Below are positions 46,333-59,374 of a stretch of 64,000 bases of DNA, in pieces. Under the pieces are notes generated by a model. The model saw only the letters and a list, made by a program, of their open reading frames with translations. It did no database searches and was not told the DNA's origin. The position numbers and the translations under genes are program-made. Location: positions 34,590 to 98,589 of the IMG/VR virus record IMGVR_UViG_3300003322_000423; one strand, given 5' to 3'. The stretch's first letter is position 1, and each line of letters begins with the position of its first letter. Origin of the DNA: a virus.

Positions 46333-49300
46333 TCAGTCATCCTGGTGCAAGGCTAGGTTGCCCCAGACCTTGAGGATATTTGCGAGACTGTAAAGGCTAG
46401 CCATGATGCCCATACCCGCTGCCATGCCGTTGAGGTATGTGGAATCCACCCGCCACACCGTGACAACAACCACTGTATAAGCAATCCAAAAACCGAGTGC
46501 AGCGGCTGTGGAGCGGAGCGACGCTGTTCCTAGGCTTCCATGATCTGTCCAGTTCATTTACATCCCTCACAGAGACTTGGGAAACGACCCTTTGTCGCAC
46601 CCTCTTTGCGGTAGGTGGGTGCCCCACAAGTGCGGCACGTCCCTGTCTTGCCCGGTTGCTCCGGCAAGTCACTTACTACTGTTTCTACGGGCTTCCCGCC
46701 TATCTTGGGAAGCTTTGTCACGGACTCTGGCAACATGAGATTTGCTTGTCCACCACGGCAGTCCACATTAATCGGCAGCTCGTTGCAGAAGCATTCGTCA
46801 CAGATGCAGCCGTTGCCTTCTTGGATCATACGGGACTGATCGTAACAAAGTCCACAGAAACAGAAGCATGAGAGGAAGATCACCCCCGTACGGTGATCTC
46901 TGTATTGTTCGTGGTCGCAGTATGACATGTCAGAACGTCCAAGGGGGAGGCTCATCAGTGGGTCTTATCCATCGGGCATTGTAGGTGAAAACGTAATACC
47001 GGTAGTCATTGCTGCGGTACGAACCCTGCATGTCCATCACGTACCGGTAATCCGTACCGCCGCAAGACCAGCATACAGCTTTGTCTTTAGGGTTGAAATA
47101 GTCTCCCATGTCAACCCTGTCCCCTACCTCACAGCAAGGATAGAAAATGTGGTTCAATATGCTGCCACCGGCTTGTTGTCGGCGATATCCCGGATGTCCT
47201 CATAAAGAGTCCACCCTTCGGCAATCAGATCCGCTTCGTGTTTGTGGTAGCTGTGGCCATCCAACAGAAGGTCTTGAGCCCCCTTGACGACCCGTACAAG
47301 AGCCTGTGCGGACGGAACTGCATCGGACCTGTCAGCAGGCTTCAGGGGCGGAAATGCGGGGGTCTCTACGGGCGCGGTGGGGGTAACAGTGGTCATGACG
47401 GTACATCTCCCTCGGGTTGCTTTGCTTTGTTGGTGTAGAGCAATTTGGACTGAATACGGCTGGTAGACCAATCGAACTCGCGGATAACAAGTTTCCAGTA
47501 ATCCATGTGCTGATCTTCTGGAAGGTCCATCCGCTCTAATTGTGGTCTGGGCAGTGGGTCATTCCAGAATCGTGGTTTTTCATTCACGATCCTACTCTTT
47601 TCTAGGCAAAGAGCCTCCCGGTTGATTTCCCGAGAGGCTCTATTCTTTAAACAAACTCCCGCTTGCAGATGGTTACCCAGTCATGAGAACCGTCAAAGCT
47701 GTTGTAGCAGGGGTAATTCTCTGAACCAAGCAAATGGTCATCACACCAGAAACAGAGATATTTGGGATTTTGGGTGATATCCCAATTCTCTTCCGCTAGC
47801 ACTTCACCATCAAGGGTGACAAATCGACGAACCATCTCGACACTCCTTAGCTTGGGTTTTCGCCCTCAGCGATAGAGTAATTATACCCTGCTTTGTTTAC
47901 TGCTCGCCTTCCTCTTCGTCATCATCTTCACTATTCACGAGAGTGTCAACCACTCCCATTACGAGAGCTTCAGATTGCAAGTCCATCATCGCTGTGGAAA
48001 GCATTCCGATAGCCTCCCATGAGGCCATTTCAGAGGATGTGAGCCATTTGAATGTTCTCTGGCCTTCCTCATCCACGTATTCGGCCAGAACGATGCCCTT
48101 GACCAGGACTCCCGGATTGAATTTCTTCCAGATGTACTCTATACCCTCCCAGAGAGAGGAGAGTTCGACCGGGCCCTCTTCTTCGGCAGGCTGATTCTTG
48201 ATGAGGGCGTCAAAAGCGTCCTCAGGCAGAGGTTCACCCTCAACGTCTTCGGGGTTTAATTCGTCGCTCATGATCAGCCGTCCGTTTCTTTGAGGGGCCA
48301 GTGCCGGGTAAGCCTGTTAAATTCCCGTTCTTCTTCGAGTGTAAACACCTCTTCGAAGATATCAAAGAATTCGAATCTGATCTTACTCGGCTCACCCTGG
48401 CAGACACACCAGTTGTCACACAAGGAATGAGGACCGCCCTTCAAGAGGTCCGTACACCCCTGCCCACATATCCCCGGCATCGTCGGCAAGCTCCGCGAAG
48501 AACTCTGCCATTTCCCACTGTCCGGCCTTGTTCGCTTCAACAGCAAGGTTGTTCCACTCGATGTTGAAGCTGAGCCAGTACTGATGTGCGGTCATTTCTG
48601 CCACCTCAGATCATCCTCTACGAGGGGTTTGTGTCGTCCTTGTCACATCAGGATGGCACACGGATTAGTGTCCCGCAAGCCCCCTGAAGGTAAAATTAAT
48701 TGTTTGTGTTCATGACAAGTTTGTTGTCAAAACAAAGACCCTAGCCAGGATTTCTCCCGACTAGGGTCTATGGACCTTAGCCGTTGTCCAACACGGCCCT
48801 CCCGTTGGGTCCCAGAAGCTCCAGAACGGCCTGTGCGGCCGTCTTGAGCTTGTCGTTCATGTCGTCCCTGTGAACCACCTGGGTCATGTCGGGAAGCGCG
48901 TTGAGCTTGTACAGAGACTCGTACGTGTTGCGCATATCCTGTACGCTTCGCAAGCCATCGCGGACGGCGTGAATGACCTGACTGGCCGGGGTGCCATATC
49001 TGTAGAGGATGGCTTCCTGGTCTTGACGGTTGGGAAGTTCTGCGGGCATATGGCCTAGCCCTAGAGAACTGAGCCGAGTACTGATTGACTTCAGTACATG
49101 AACCCCGAGGCGCTGAGCGCCTTCAAGCTTCCGGAGTGTTTCCATGGGGATCATAGCCACACCCTCGTGTCCGTCCAACGCCTTTACCAGATCTGCCCAT
49201 GTAGTGATGTCAGAGCTGATCTGAGCCGACTTGTGGTCTATTAGGCTTTCAGTCGTGGTGGTCATGGTGGTACATCCTCGGTTGTGGGAGGTAGGGGACT

Positions 49301-50196
49301 TAGCATCAGTGTTCGACTGCCCCACAACATTTGGTTGTATATGAATTGTGACACAGAACAGGCCCCCGGTCAAGGGGGCCCGCTTGCTAATAATGTTGTC
49401 CGATGCACGGGATACGTGTACATGTCACCTCTTCTGTAGCACCTTATCTATCTTACGGCGAACCATGCGACGTGCTGTGTAGATGGTCCAACAGTCCCTC
49501 AGTACTGCGAACATCAGCAGACCCCATCCCACCCACAAGGCTACGCGCCACCCTGTAAAGGGCATCGAGCCATCCACTAGAGTGTAGATGCTGCGAACTA
49601 GCGAAACGCTGAGTACCAGTGCAGCCCAACGGTACAGGGCCACGCGGTCGAACAGGTTACGACGGTTCATCTTCGTCTACCTTTGCACCGGTTTCCGAAC
49701 TGATCTCCACAGCCAGGTTTCGTACCATGTCTTGCAACAACTCTAGCGTGTAGTCTCTTTTGGCTACCATGTTGTCTACGAATATGTCAAGCGCCTGATT
49801 GGCAGACAAGTCGCCTGAGGCACACCGGTTGAACACGGGACGCAACTCGTTTCGGGCTATCTCGTCACTGGTGCTCCATCGGGATGTGTTCTCCAGACCC
49901 ATGAAAAACTCTTGCAGAGCCAGCATGGCCTGAAAGTGGAAGTCTCCGAACGCATCGGTCAACTTATCGTAGAGCCGTGTGTACAGCCTGTCAAACACAT
50001 CCATGGTGTACATGAGTTTGGCGTTTACACAGTCCATACAGACATCTAGTGCTTGCTCCGGTGTGAGTTCTCCGGATGCACATCTGGAGAAAACCGGAGA
50101 CACCTGCCTGCGTGCAATGTCCTCTGAAAGAGTCCAACTCAACTCAGAGTCAAGCCCTACGGTGGCTTCCGCCAACTCGGTCAAAGCCCTGTCCAT
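46333..50196 (-). other. array of small hypothetical ORFs (46333-46557, 46554-46928, 46930-47157, 47154-47396, 47393-47587, 47647-47835, 47897-48271, 48416-48604, 48777-49265, 49425-49670, 49657-50196)
   Basis: Co-oriented ORFs with RBSs, separated by hairpins and TTGACN-type promoters. Confidence 0.55.
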
Positions 50197-50318
50197 CGTC
50201 TATGCCCCCTTGGGCTACGCTGCCCCGAGTCATTCGGTCTTCGAAGGTAAGCCTAACATGATCTTTGTCGCCCCGTCAACAAGTTGAGCCCCATCCATGA
50301 TGGTTGGGGCTTAGAGGG

Positions 50319-50690
50319 CTAGCACTTGCAGGTTTTAGATTGTTTGTAACAGTTTTTGCACCTAGATCTATTTCTGTTGTGTCTACATGTAAGACATTCT
50401 CGCCATCCTCTAGTGGGGTGTATATACAAATTTTCATCAGTGAAAGGATGACCCTTTTTGCAGGAATCCCTGCGCTCTTCTCTATTATTCTGTAGAGACG
50501 TTACGGGTGTGAGATGGTGTGGGTTTACACACCCTGCGTTATGACAAACGTGGTGAATTACTAAGTTTTTTGGAATTGGTCCCACAAAAATCTCATAAGA
50601 CACTCTGTGAGCTTGTTTCCCTCTAAACTTGCCATATTTGGATGTGCCCGCCGTGGCACCCATCCATTCCCAGCATTCGTGGAAGGGCAC
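50319..50690 (-). CDS. HNH homing endonuclease
   Basis: CWEW..YG..AHR.SY..HH.C.N..CVNP.HL. Confidence 0.85.
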   Translation of the reverse strand: MPFHECWEWMGATAGTSKYGKFRGKQAHRVSYEIFVGPIPKNLVIHHVCHNAGCVNPHHLTPVTSLQNNREERRDSCKKGHPFTDENLYIHPTRGWRECLTCRHNRNRSRCKNCYKQSKTCKC

Positions 50691-51195
50691 CAGATGAACC
50701 AGCCTCAGGAAAGGTTCTACCAGGGGCGCCAGGCCATTTTCCGTTTCCCGCTCGGTGTTAATACCATTATCCTTTGCATAGGTGGCTTAGGTTGAGTGCT
50801 GCCTTTTTGTTTTTGTTTGCGCTTGCTGCTTGAACTGCCCTTGGAAGATGCCTTTCCGTTCAAGTGTGGTTTAGGCTTTGCCATTTCGCCTTCCTAGTGA
50901 GTTATAAACGGTTCTATGAACAACCATATTATAACAGTCACCAGGAAACCTATCATCAACCAATCAGGGCCGTGATTCATGTCGCTCCGCGAGACTTTGT
51001 GAAGTAAGATGCCATCCCCCACAGGAGTGGCACCGATAGGTCCGGCAAGGCAATTTCCCTCCCTTGAACTGGCCGTAAAGCGCCGTACGCCAGATGGTGT
51101 TGAGGGCTTTGTCAGCAAGACGCTGAGATGCAAACCGGACCTTCCCCGTTGGGTCTTTGCCTGCATAGCACCTGGTCTTAGGCCGTCGGACTTTC

Positions 51196-51414
51196 TTAGG
51201 CACGTTCCACCCCTTTGAGATGTATCTTGCCTTGTATCCTGTCGACCCTGAAAGACCTATAGCCCCCTTCAAAGTCGTTGGCGTCCGGGTCCCATGCCGT
51301 GATGAGCCAGTGTCCTGCCTTGCTCTTCCAGACACGGGTGGCATATACCTTACGGTATTGGTGTTCATAGCCCAGCACGCACACTACGTGCGGGGGGAGT
51401 TCGCTTACGTCCAT
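51196..51414 (-). CDS. WYL-like small protein
   Basis: W...AWD......YRSFRVDRI. Confidence 0.6.
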   Translation of the reverse strand: MDVSELPPHVVCVLGYEHQYRKVYATRVWKSKAGHWLITAWDPDANDFEGGYRSFRVDRIQGKIHLKGVERA

Positions 51415-52072
51415 CACATCTCCCTGAGGTACCAGCCTTGCTCGGGTGTCCAGCCTAGACAGTGGTCTCGCCCGAAGCAAAGGGAACGTCCCCACCCTTC
51501 CTCGGTACGGAAGGTACAGTTGACCCCTAGTGCTTCAAGGCTGTTGAGGCATGCGACTATCTCATGCATGAGGCTTTCATCCGCATTCATCAGAATGTAC
51601 CTAGCCAGCACCGGTCATAATCTGCTATATCATAGATCTGATTCCAGTAGTCGTCGAATTCCTGTACGTCCTGTGACAGCTTAAGAAGATCTATCAAATG
51701 CGACAGAGACAGTTGGTAGTCTGTCCGATAGAACCAGGTGGAGTTTTCCAGCCTCCTGACTATGACATCCCGTTTGGCCTCAAACGGAATATCTGCGCCC
51801 CAGACATCCGCTAGATTTATCGTATAAATCCAGTTAGGCATTACTCGTCACCCTCTCCCTTGATTTGGACACTCACCAGAGTGCCTCTACTATCTGAAGA
51901 AACAACAGGATATTGCGGTCATCGTGGAATGGGTCGGCGGAGGTCTGGATAACCCGTTCGCACAAATCCTGACGACCGAATTGATGCAATGAATTGTAAA
52001 GAGCCTGTCCTCTACGCTGGTCCGGATGGTCAACAGCGTAAGCTGCCGACCACCTGAGCCATTCGGTGTACG

Positions 52073-52402
52073 TCACTTGTTAGCCGCCTCGAAGCGCTCG
52101 TACACAGACTGGGGGACACGGCCCCGGCGGGCCACCTCAATGCCGTTGCGTGCGGCCCACTCACGGACGGTGTGGACGTACTCCCGATTGTGGCTGACTT
52201 TCCGGACGTCCACCTTCTGAGAGGCACTGGCCTTACGGCCTCGGCTGATGTACTTGTTCATGGACCGGCGGAAGTTCGCGGCGTTCAACGGGTTGAGGTC
52301 GATTTCGTACGCGACCCCCTCGAAGCTGAAGGACAGGGTCTCAATGCCCTTGCTCTCGCGGCCGGTAATGTCGTCTGTGATGGTGACAATGGTCTTTTCC
52401 AT
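52073..52402 (-). CDS. lsr2: Lsr2 nucleoid-associated protein
   Basis: DD..G, YEIDL...N, VREWA..NG..V..RGRVP. Confidence 0.93.
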   Translation of the reverse strand: MEKTIVTITDDITGRESKGIETLSFSFEGVAYEIDLNPLNAANFRRSMNKYISRGRKASASQKVDVRKVSHNREYVHTVREWAARNGIEVARRGRVPQSVYERFEAANK

Positions 52403-52464
52403 GGCTGGTTCCTTTCCTGGAAGCCTTGTACTACTCAGACTATGACATAGCCTGATGTGTTAGG

Positions 52465-53758
52465 TCAAGAGGTTTCGTCGGTGTCTTTGTGCTCCCTGAT
52501 CTGCATGTTGAGGGAGTACAGGTCAGGGTCCTTGCCATCGTTGTACGACGGGTGCATGACCATCCGGTGACAGTACGCCATCTCATCTTCGGTCCACGTG
52601 CTGAGCATGAGATCTACAAATTGGTAGTAGATGTTTTCGTCGTCGTTCATCTTATGCCTCTCCCACTACTATGAATTCACCCGTAGAACGGCAATTCCAG
52701 CAGCGTTCATATTTGCCTGTTGTCTCGTTCAGATGTCCATATTCGTCGTCTTCTTTCAGAGAAAACAACTGCCTTTGCGGACACCCATAACCCCACCAAT
52801 CGCCGTCTTCGTCCTGATAATTCTCGGGGATCACACCTTCATAAGAGGCGTCGAGTATTGTTGTCGGACGATTTTCCAGCCATTTTATGGCAAGCAATTC
52901 GTCAGACGTCTTATTCTTCTTCCAGTCATTCACAGATCCTCCAGTTCTTTGATTTTTGCCTGATCTGGCATCTTGACGTCGGGGAACATGAACTTCTTAG
53001 CCAGATAGTACGGCCCGAAGAAGGGCCAGAGCAAGGCCATTGGACGTGACATTTTATTGTAGCTGGCCACGTACTTTACGTACTCATAAAGAGTGGTGTT
53101 TTTCCGACTCTTTTTAAGAGGGTAATAAGGAAACTCACCTCCGTAGTACGACTCTGTCTTGTCCGGATCTTCGTTCTTCCACCGCATCCACTCGACAGAC
53201 CGGCGGACGTGAATGACCCGGACCCCAACCATAGCCCCAACCACGTACACAAATGTACTGACCGAGGCTATCAACCATGCGAGCATTACGACTCCCAGCA
53301 TTTGTCATGACGATACCAATCCCCTGCACCCGTGGCTCGGTTGAGTTCCTTTTCGTTGTCCTCAAAAGAACGGGCACAGTGAACACCATTGAGTACAGAC
53401 TCTGTGAGTCGCTGGTAATGCTTGGCCCTTTCGAGCAGTTCATACAAGCAAGGAACGTGCTCGTAATACCGTTCCTGGTGAAGAACTTCAGCAGCCGCCA
53501 GTACTTCTGCCTCTAGGTCGTCCAAGTAGTTGTAGCTCATGCCCGGAGTTCCTTTACTGTGAGGTCGACGCGCTTGTCCCCGACAATGTCATGCAGCACA
53601 GTGTTTATATGCTGCCCGCACGCGTAGCGCTTAAGCCCGTCGCGGCCGACGAATTCCCACGTGGCCCACATCGTGCAGGGAAAGAGGTTGTCCCGCATGT
53701 CGTGCTCCGGATCGTACAACCGGCCGCAGGGGATAGTGAATGCGTTGTCATTCATCAT
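52465..53758 (-). other. five small hypothetical ORFs
   Basis: Packed, co-oriented ORFs. Confidence 0.5.
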
Positions 53759-54347
53759 TTGTCCGTCGTTGATTGCGTACTATTCTCAATATAGTACTTG
53801 GGTTAACGTCAAATTCTTTAGCTAGAGTTCGATACCCCACAACACCCTTGAGGTATCTGTCTCGTATCTCTTTTACTTGATCTTCAGACAGTTTACGTAT
53901 TTTTACATTGGTTGTGGGGCGTCGATTCTTCCGTGTCTTATCTTGTTCATTAAGCAGGCTATTTCCTGCAAATAGATGCAACACAGACACACATGAGGGG
54001 TTATCACACGTATGGCACACCATTTCTGGAGTGTATCCGTACACCCATTTAAATATCCATACATGCGCCCTGTGTTGCTGACCCTCCGCCCAAAACCACC
54101 CGTACCCGTCTTTGTCCTTACCTCGTTGCCACACCCGACAATTGGTTATAGGGTCCCTCACCCATTTTGTGTTAAATCTTTCAATAGGTGAGGGACGTGC
54201 CCGTTTAGGTCTATTTGCGTACTCACATTTGTAACAAACCCCTCTTCTATCTTTTGGATCTAAAGATCCAGTTCCCGACTTACTGTGTTTTAGCGGAAAT
54301 TCAACAACCCCTCTATCTAAACCGCATTTAGTACAAATCATTTTCAC
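53748..54347 (-). CDS. HNH homing endonuclease with a C-terminal HTH
   Basis: RAH..VCHTCDNPSCV...HL..N..D. Confidence 0.85.
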   Translation of the reverse strand: MKMICTKCGLDRGVVEFPLKHSKSGTGSLDPKDRRGVCYKCEYANRPKRARPSPIERFNTKWVRDPITNCRVWQRGKDKDGYGWFWAEGQQHRAHVWIFKWVYGYTPEMVCHTCDNPSCVSVLHLFAGNSLLNEQDKTRKNRRPTTNVKIRKLSEDQVKEIRDRYLKGVVGYRTLAKEFDVNPSTILRIVRNQRRTNDE

Positions 54348-54895
54348 ATCACCATATCCAGTCCACAGACACATGTGGGAAGCCCTAGATCTGCCCACTT
54401 CTTAGTTAGGCGGATAGTGTATCCACACTCGCACCAGGCTTTCAACATACGTGTTGTTTGAGGCTTAGAGGCGGGTGTAAGGACAGCATGGGGGAAAGGA
54501 CCCAACTTGCCTAGAACGTCACTCAGACGGGCGCTCAGATCGTCTCCCGGCACCGTTGCTGTCATCTTGCCGGTTAGGCCGAGGCCCCGGGCAACACGAC
54601 CGAACTCCTTGCCGTGCCCGGACTGGCAGTCGTCAGCCGCATGGATGAGTTCGTGCAACAGGGTTGCCAGAACTTGAATCGAGTCCGCGATAGCCGGGCT
54701 GATGAAAATCTGCGGCACCTTGTCTTCCGCAGAATTCGAACTGTGGCACACCCCGATAGTAGCCTTTCGCTTCCCTTTGGGCCACCCCACAGACACACGG
54801 ACGATTTCAGGGAGAGGCTTTTCGACGTCCTTGAACCAGGGTCGAAAAATCTCAATGGCATCCATGAGCCACTGTTCACGATTTGTCTCAGCCAT
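54344..54895 (-). CDS. SprT-like metalloprotein
   Basis: RE.WL, IFISP, LLHELIHA..GH...F, TRMLK..C.CGY. Confidence 0.75.
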   Translation of the reverse strand: MAETNREQWLMDAIEIFRPWFKDVEKPLPEIVRVSVGWPKGKRKATIGVCHSSNSAEDKVPQIFISPAIADSIQVLATLLHELIHAADDCQSGHGKEFGRVARGLGLTGKMTATVPGDDLSARLSDVLGKLGPFPHAVLTPASKPQTTRMLKAWCECGYTIRLTKKWADLGLPTCVCGLDMVM

Positions 54896-55042
54896 TGTCA
54901 GCCACCTTCCGGTAGTTCTGGGTCAGTTCGGTGTCGTAGGCGCTCCACGCCTCACGCAGGTGCCTTTCGTAGGCCGTTTCGACGGAGGTCACCGGTTCGT
55001 TCAGCCGGGCCACCATGAACCCCTCAAAGGTCGTCTCGTACA

Positions 55043-57545
55043 TCAGCCTCTCCCTTCCCGGTATGCCGCTTCTGCGAGATCCTGTGCTTCGTCGTCCACG
55101 ATTTCTATGTATCCCGTACCTACGCCGTCAACGGGCCATCTGTCATCTTGTTCATGCAGATACCGGTGAAAGAGCGGCATGTGAATGTTGAACGCGAAAA
55201 GACGCGATTTGGTATCGCTGAACTGATCTCCGGGAATGATGAGCAACTCCCCACACACCCGGCAATCCGTAGTTGCGTGGCTCAGGTCCCGGATGTCCCA
55301 CTCAGGGTACTTACGCACCCAACTGTGGCCGCAACCTGTAGTGAAGCGAGTACCGTAGTGGCGGGTCATTTATGTTCTCCTAAACGTGGGCAGGGAGGAT
55401 GTAACCCGAATCGAGATACCGGCGCTCATCGTCTTCAGTCCAGTCCACCGAGACTGTCTGGAGGTTGGACACCCAACAGTTGCAGTATCCGTCCGACGTG
55501 CAGTATGTGTCCAACAGGACCTCGAAGATATCCCGCCTGACCCCGTAGGAGTAGGCCACGCCGTCAATGGCATGACAGATACCCGGAATGCTGTGGAGCT
55601 TCAACCCCGGAACATCCCGGTACACCCATTCCCCGTTCGGGCCAGTGACGGAGATGTCCCAATCATCCACGACCCTGCGGTACTGCCAGTCCTCATAGTG
55701 GCTCTCGATCCACTCTACGGCCTTCTGAGCCTCCACACTGAGGGGCATCACCAGCCCCCTAGATCACTGGCGTGACCTGAAGCTATCACGATAAAGAAAC
55801 CGAGGATGAACGCGGCGGCGATAATCGCGCCTTTCCAGTCCGTTCCGTTATTCATCATTAATCCTTTCTCAGGGAAGAAAACCCACCCCGGAAGCCAGTC
55901 GTTGGTTTGGTGGCATGTCCGGGGTGGGGGTTTATACCTGCCTCAGCGCCGGTCGTCGTCTCTTGTTGTGTTCACGGCTTTCGGTTCAGGGTTACCCGAT
56001 CGGTTGCCTACGAGACTTTGCACGCGACCCCGCCCTGAGACAGGAGACTAGCGGATGTTGTTCCGGGCGTAGGTGCCGATTTCCCTCAGCACACCCTCAC
56101 GGACAACGGTGATGATCTCTTTGGCTAGAGCCTCTATGGCACCCGCCGAGTTCAGCAAGTCTGCCGGGGGAGACATGATGAACTCCTCAATCATGTCCGT
56201 GACATCCTTGCGGAGATAAGCGTCCGTATGCGCTTGCTTGTGCGGCATTACTTTGCCCTTCGCTTGAACCAGACCATGACCCTGTCCCCCGCTAGGGCGC
56301 CCACGGTGCCAAGTAGGCAGGTGAGCGCCCATTCGAGTACTTCACGCACTCGGAACCGCCTTGCGGACCCTGGTGACAGCCTCAGGCCGAGCGATGCGGT
56401 AGGTCTTCTGAAGCTTGCGGGCGGCGTCACGGGAGATGCGCCCAGGGTGGGCCGGAACCTCCGTCTTACCGACCACGATGGTCAGCTTGAACGATCCGGC
56501 GGGGTAGGTGTGACGGGTGTCGCTCATGGCAGTGTCCTTTCAGTCTTCGGCGAATTCGCCTTCGCCGTTGTATTCGTCTCGGCATTCCTGAGAGCAGAAC
56601 ATCCCGTGCCGCTCCCAGTTTTGGGGTTCGCTCTCGCAGTTGCAGCACGGGGAGGACCCGAATCCGCAACCGCCCATGTGGTCGTAGAAGCCGCTCATCG
56701 GGTCCGCCCTTCGTTGTGGTCCTACCGTAGCACATGCTACGCGTGTCCGTACTCCTCTTCCAGCTCCTCGGCGTACACGTCCTCAGAGAGTTCGAAGGGA
56801 ATGGTGTCGTAGACGCAGTCACGGGAGACACAGCCAGACCCGTTGGGGATGCACACGCAGTCCCCGTCTTCGCAACCTTCACAATCCCAGAGAGTGCCAG
56901 GATTGTGGGGGTAGTCAACGTGGTTGTCGGTCATCGCGCGTACCTCTCGGTAGACTTAGAATAGCCCTTGTTCCACCAATACCACTGGCAGGTGTGGATG
57001 TCCCGGGTGTTCTGTTCGGAATTGCCGGACCCGCGTTGCAGCCTGCGGTATGCGTCCTCGTACTCAGCCATTGTGGGCTCAGTGAGGTTCTTCGGTTCGA
57101 TGAGTTCCGGGGCGACTTCAGTCCACCCCGTCGATTCCGTGTGTTCTGTGGTTGTTATCCCGTCATCCCATTCGACTTGGAACCATTTAGGAATACCGCC
57201 CACATTCAGTTGGATCACCCTCCCTTTAGCTCCATCTTCGTGGACGATTTCCATACCCACGTACACTGACATGGTTTAAACCTCCGCGTATTCGACGTCA
57301 AGCAGGAATGCGATCCGCATGACTTGGTCCGGGGTCACACCGAGTTCCGGAAAGTCGAGATGGCCATCACTCACAAGCGCTGCCTCTACCGTGTTGTCGT
57401 TCTCCCACAGGGAGTACGCCCAGTGTCCGGGATTGTCGTCGAACACCCCCACGTAAGCCGTAACGGAGCTGCCGGGGATATCCATCCGGTAGTTCTTGAG
57501 GCCCGGGAACGAGCCGCTGACATCCTCGTACGTGTATGCGCTCAT
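55043..57545 (-). other. array of small hypothetical ORFs (55043-55369, 55380-55751, 56342-56527, 56737-56934, 56931-57272, 57276-57545 and others)
   Basis: Packed, co-oriented ORFs. Confidence 0.5.
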
Positions 57546-57644
57546 GACTGCAACCTTTCGGGAGTCGTTTTCGGGATCACCACCCGGGCCTCTTGTTTAC
57601 TCCCGGCAGGCTTACCGGCATCGCGTATCACGAGTGGTGATCAG

Positions 57645-57730
57645 TGCCCCCGTCCGGACTTGCACCGGATGACCGTCTGACGTGCCTCATGGAAGTGAGG
57701 ACCACGTAACCGTAAGGTTTCGTCGGGGGC
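57645..57730 (-). ncRNA. solitary tRNA-like RNA
   Basis: Acceptor GCCCCCG/CGGGGGC-A, T-arm TCCGG-TGCAAGT-CCGGA, non-standard D and anticodon arms. Confidence 0.6.
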
Positions 57731-57917
57731 TTGTTGCGCATGGGACCTACCATGCGTCTCAATAACTAGCCGCTCCCTGTGACGTTCGCGGAATCAGTGT
57801 GTCTAGCGAGGGGCCTATGTCCCTAGGGTGACCCCTAGGTGTTGGTCCATTTGCTGACCACCTCCGGGACCTTGCTCCCGGTGACTCTGGTTTTGTTGTG
57901 CTTGGCTTGATGTAACT

Positions 57918-57946
57918 AAGTTATCCCCGCTGTCCGGCCCCGTCAA
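57918..57946 (-). promoter_or_regulatory. promoter
   Basis: TTGACG-17 bp-TAACTT. Confidence 0.6.
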
Positions 57947-58039
57947 CCCTGTAAACGCCACTATTTTTGATGATCATGAGTCGTTTAAACATCGTCGCAG
58001 GTCAGACGCATGATCCTTTCCGAAAAAGATCTTGAAAAT

Positions 58040-59012
58040 CTACCGGGGAATGCGCTCCACCTTGACTATGTGGGCTTGAACCCCGCACTTGAAGCACTCG
58101 TACGGGCCATCGCCGTGGACCTTCCTGAAGTCGTTCAGAATGTCCATGTGGGTCTGACAGTACGGGGTCGGGTTGGGGACGCACGAGTGTGTCAAAGACA
58201 TGTGGACTTGCCACAGACCCACCTTCGGGCAGTCCTGCGTACCTGAACCCCTGCACGGTTCCTCGGGGTCGTGATCCATCTCTGCCCACACGATTAGGTC
58301 ATAGTCCATCTCTACCCGAACGGTGATCTGCTGTTCAGTCGCCGGAATTGTCATGCGGAGCGTCACCTACCTTCAATGCCTGAGCCACGGCAGCCCACAT
58401 GGTTGCCGTATCAATGGCCTCAAAACGATCGATGGAATCCAGGGCGTCTCCCCGGGTGGAACAGCCTTCCGCCCGTGTGGCCCAGTAGAGGGCTGATTCA
58501 CGAGCCTTATTGAGGCCGTTGTGCCGTTCAGTGTTCGTCATCGACATGCAAGATCACCTGCCTGTGTGCCGCGTAGCTGATGATCCGGTCAATGTCGCGG
58601 TCGTCATCCTGGAAGACAATCATTTTCATTCCGTTGTGGGTACCGATGACGTTGGTCACGGTGCCGGTTTCGTAGTAGCCGGAGATGAACTGTATGTGGT
58701 CACCCGCTTTTATCGTGCTGAACTGCCGCAGTTCCGGAGTCATCGGGGTTTCACCATCCTGTTGCGTATGGACTGAGTGACGTTGTCTTCGACTTCTGTG
58801 ATGACATTGACGATCAGTACGTCTGCCGGTTTCCACCCGAGAGTGGCAAGGAAGCATCCGAAGCGCGCCAGGACGTCTTCACGGGACGCCCGTGTGTCTC
58901 TGCACCGGTAGTGCTCCACGTGGCCTGTACGCCGGTTCCTGGCGGTTGCTGACGTGATCTTCTGTGGCTTGGACTTGTCTATGACTGCGGTGGTGTCGCT
59001 GTTGACTATCAC
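58040..59012 (-). other. four small hypothetical ORFs
   Basis: Packed, co-oriented ORFs. Confidence 0.5.
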
Positions 59013-59374
59013 GGATGGGGCCTTTCGTAAGAGGGTTCATCTTCTGACCGGTTTGTCCAGTACTCCCCCAACTTGTTGGCGTTTCGCCAGAACTCATAGA
59101 TCATATGTTTACGCTGTATATCTTCCAGGTAAATTCCGTAAACAGGGTTACATACATAACAAGCGTCGTGGGGGCCATCTCCGCTATTTATCAACTGAAA
59201 CATTGGCCGTACGTGAACGGAGTCCAGAGAGAACCTGCCCCGGTACTGATCTATCTGCAATGCACCATCGGTATATGAAAGCACCTGAGAGCACATGTCC
59301 GGGTCTGTCTCGAACGCATCCTCCGGCAGACCGTAGAACTCGCCCAGGGTCATGGACTCGGGATCTACCTTCAA
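59009..59374 (-). CDS. hypothetical protein, paralog of the adjacent gene
   Basis: VDP.SMTL.E.Y.LP, DGPHD.C..C, YERPHP shared with 59371-59757. Confidence 0.75.
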   Translation of the reverse strand: MKVDPESMTLGEFYGLPEDAFETDPDMCSQVLSYTDGALQIDQYRGRFSLDSVHVRPMFQLINSGDGPHDACYVCNPVYGIYLEDIQRKHMIYEFWRNANKLGEYWTNRSEDEPSYERPHP

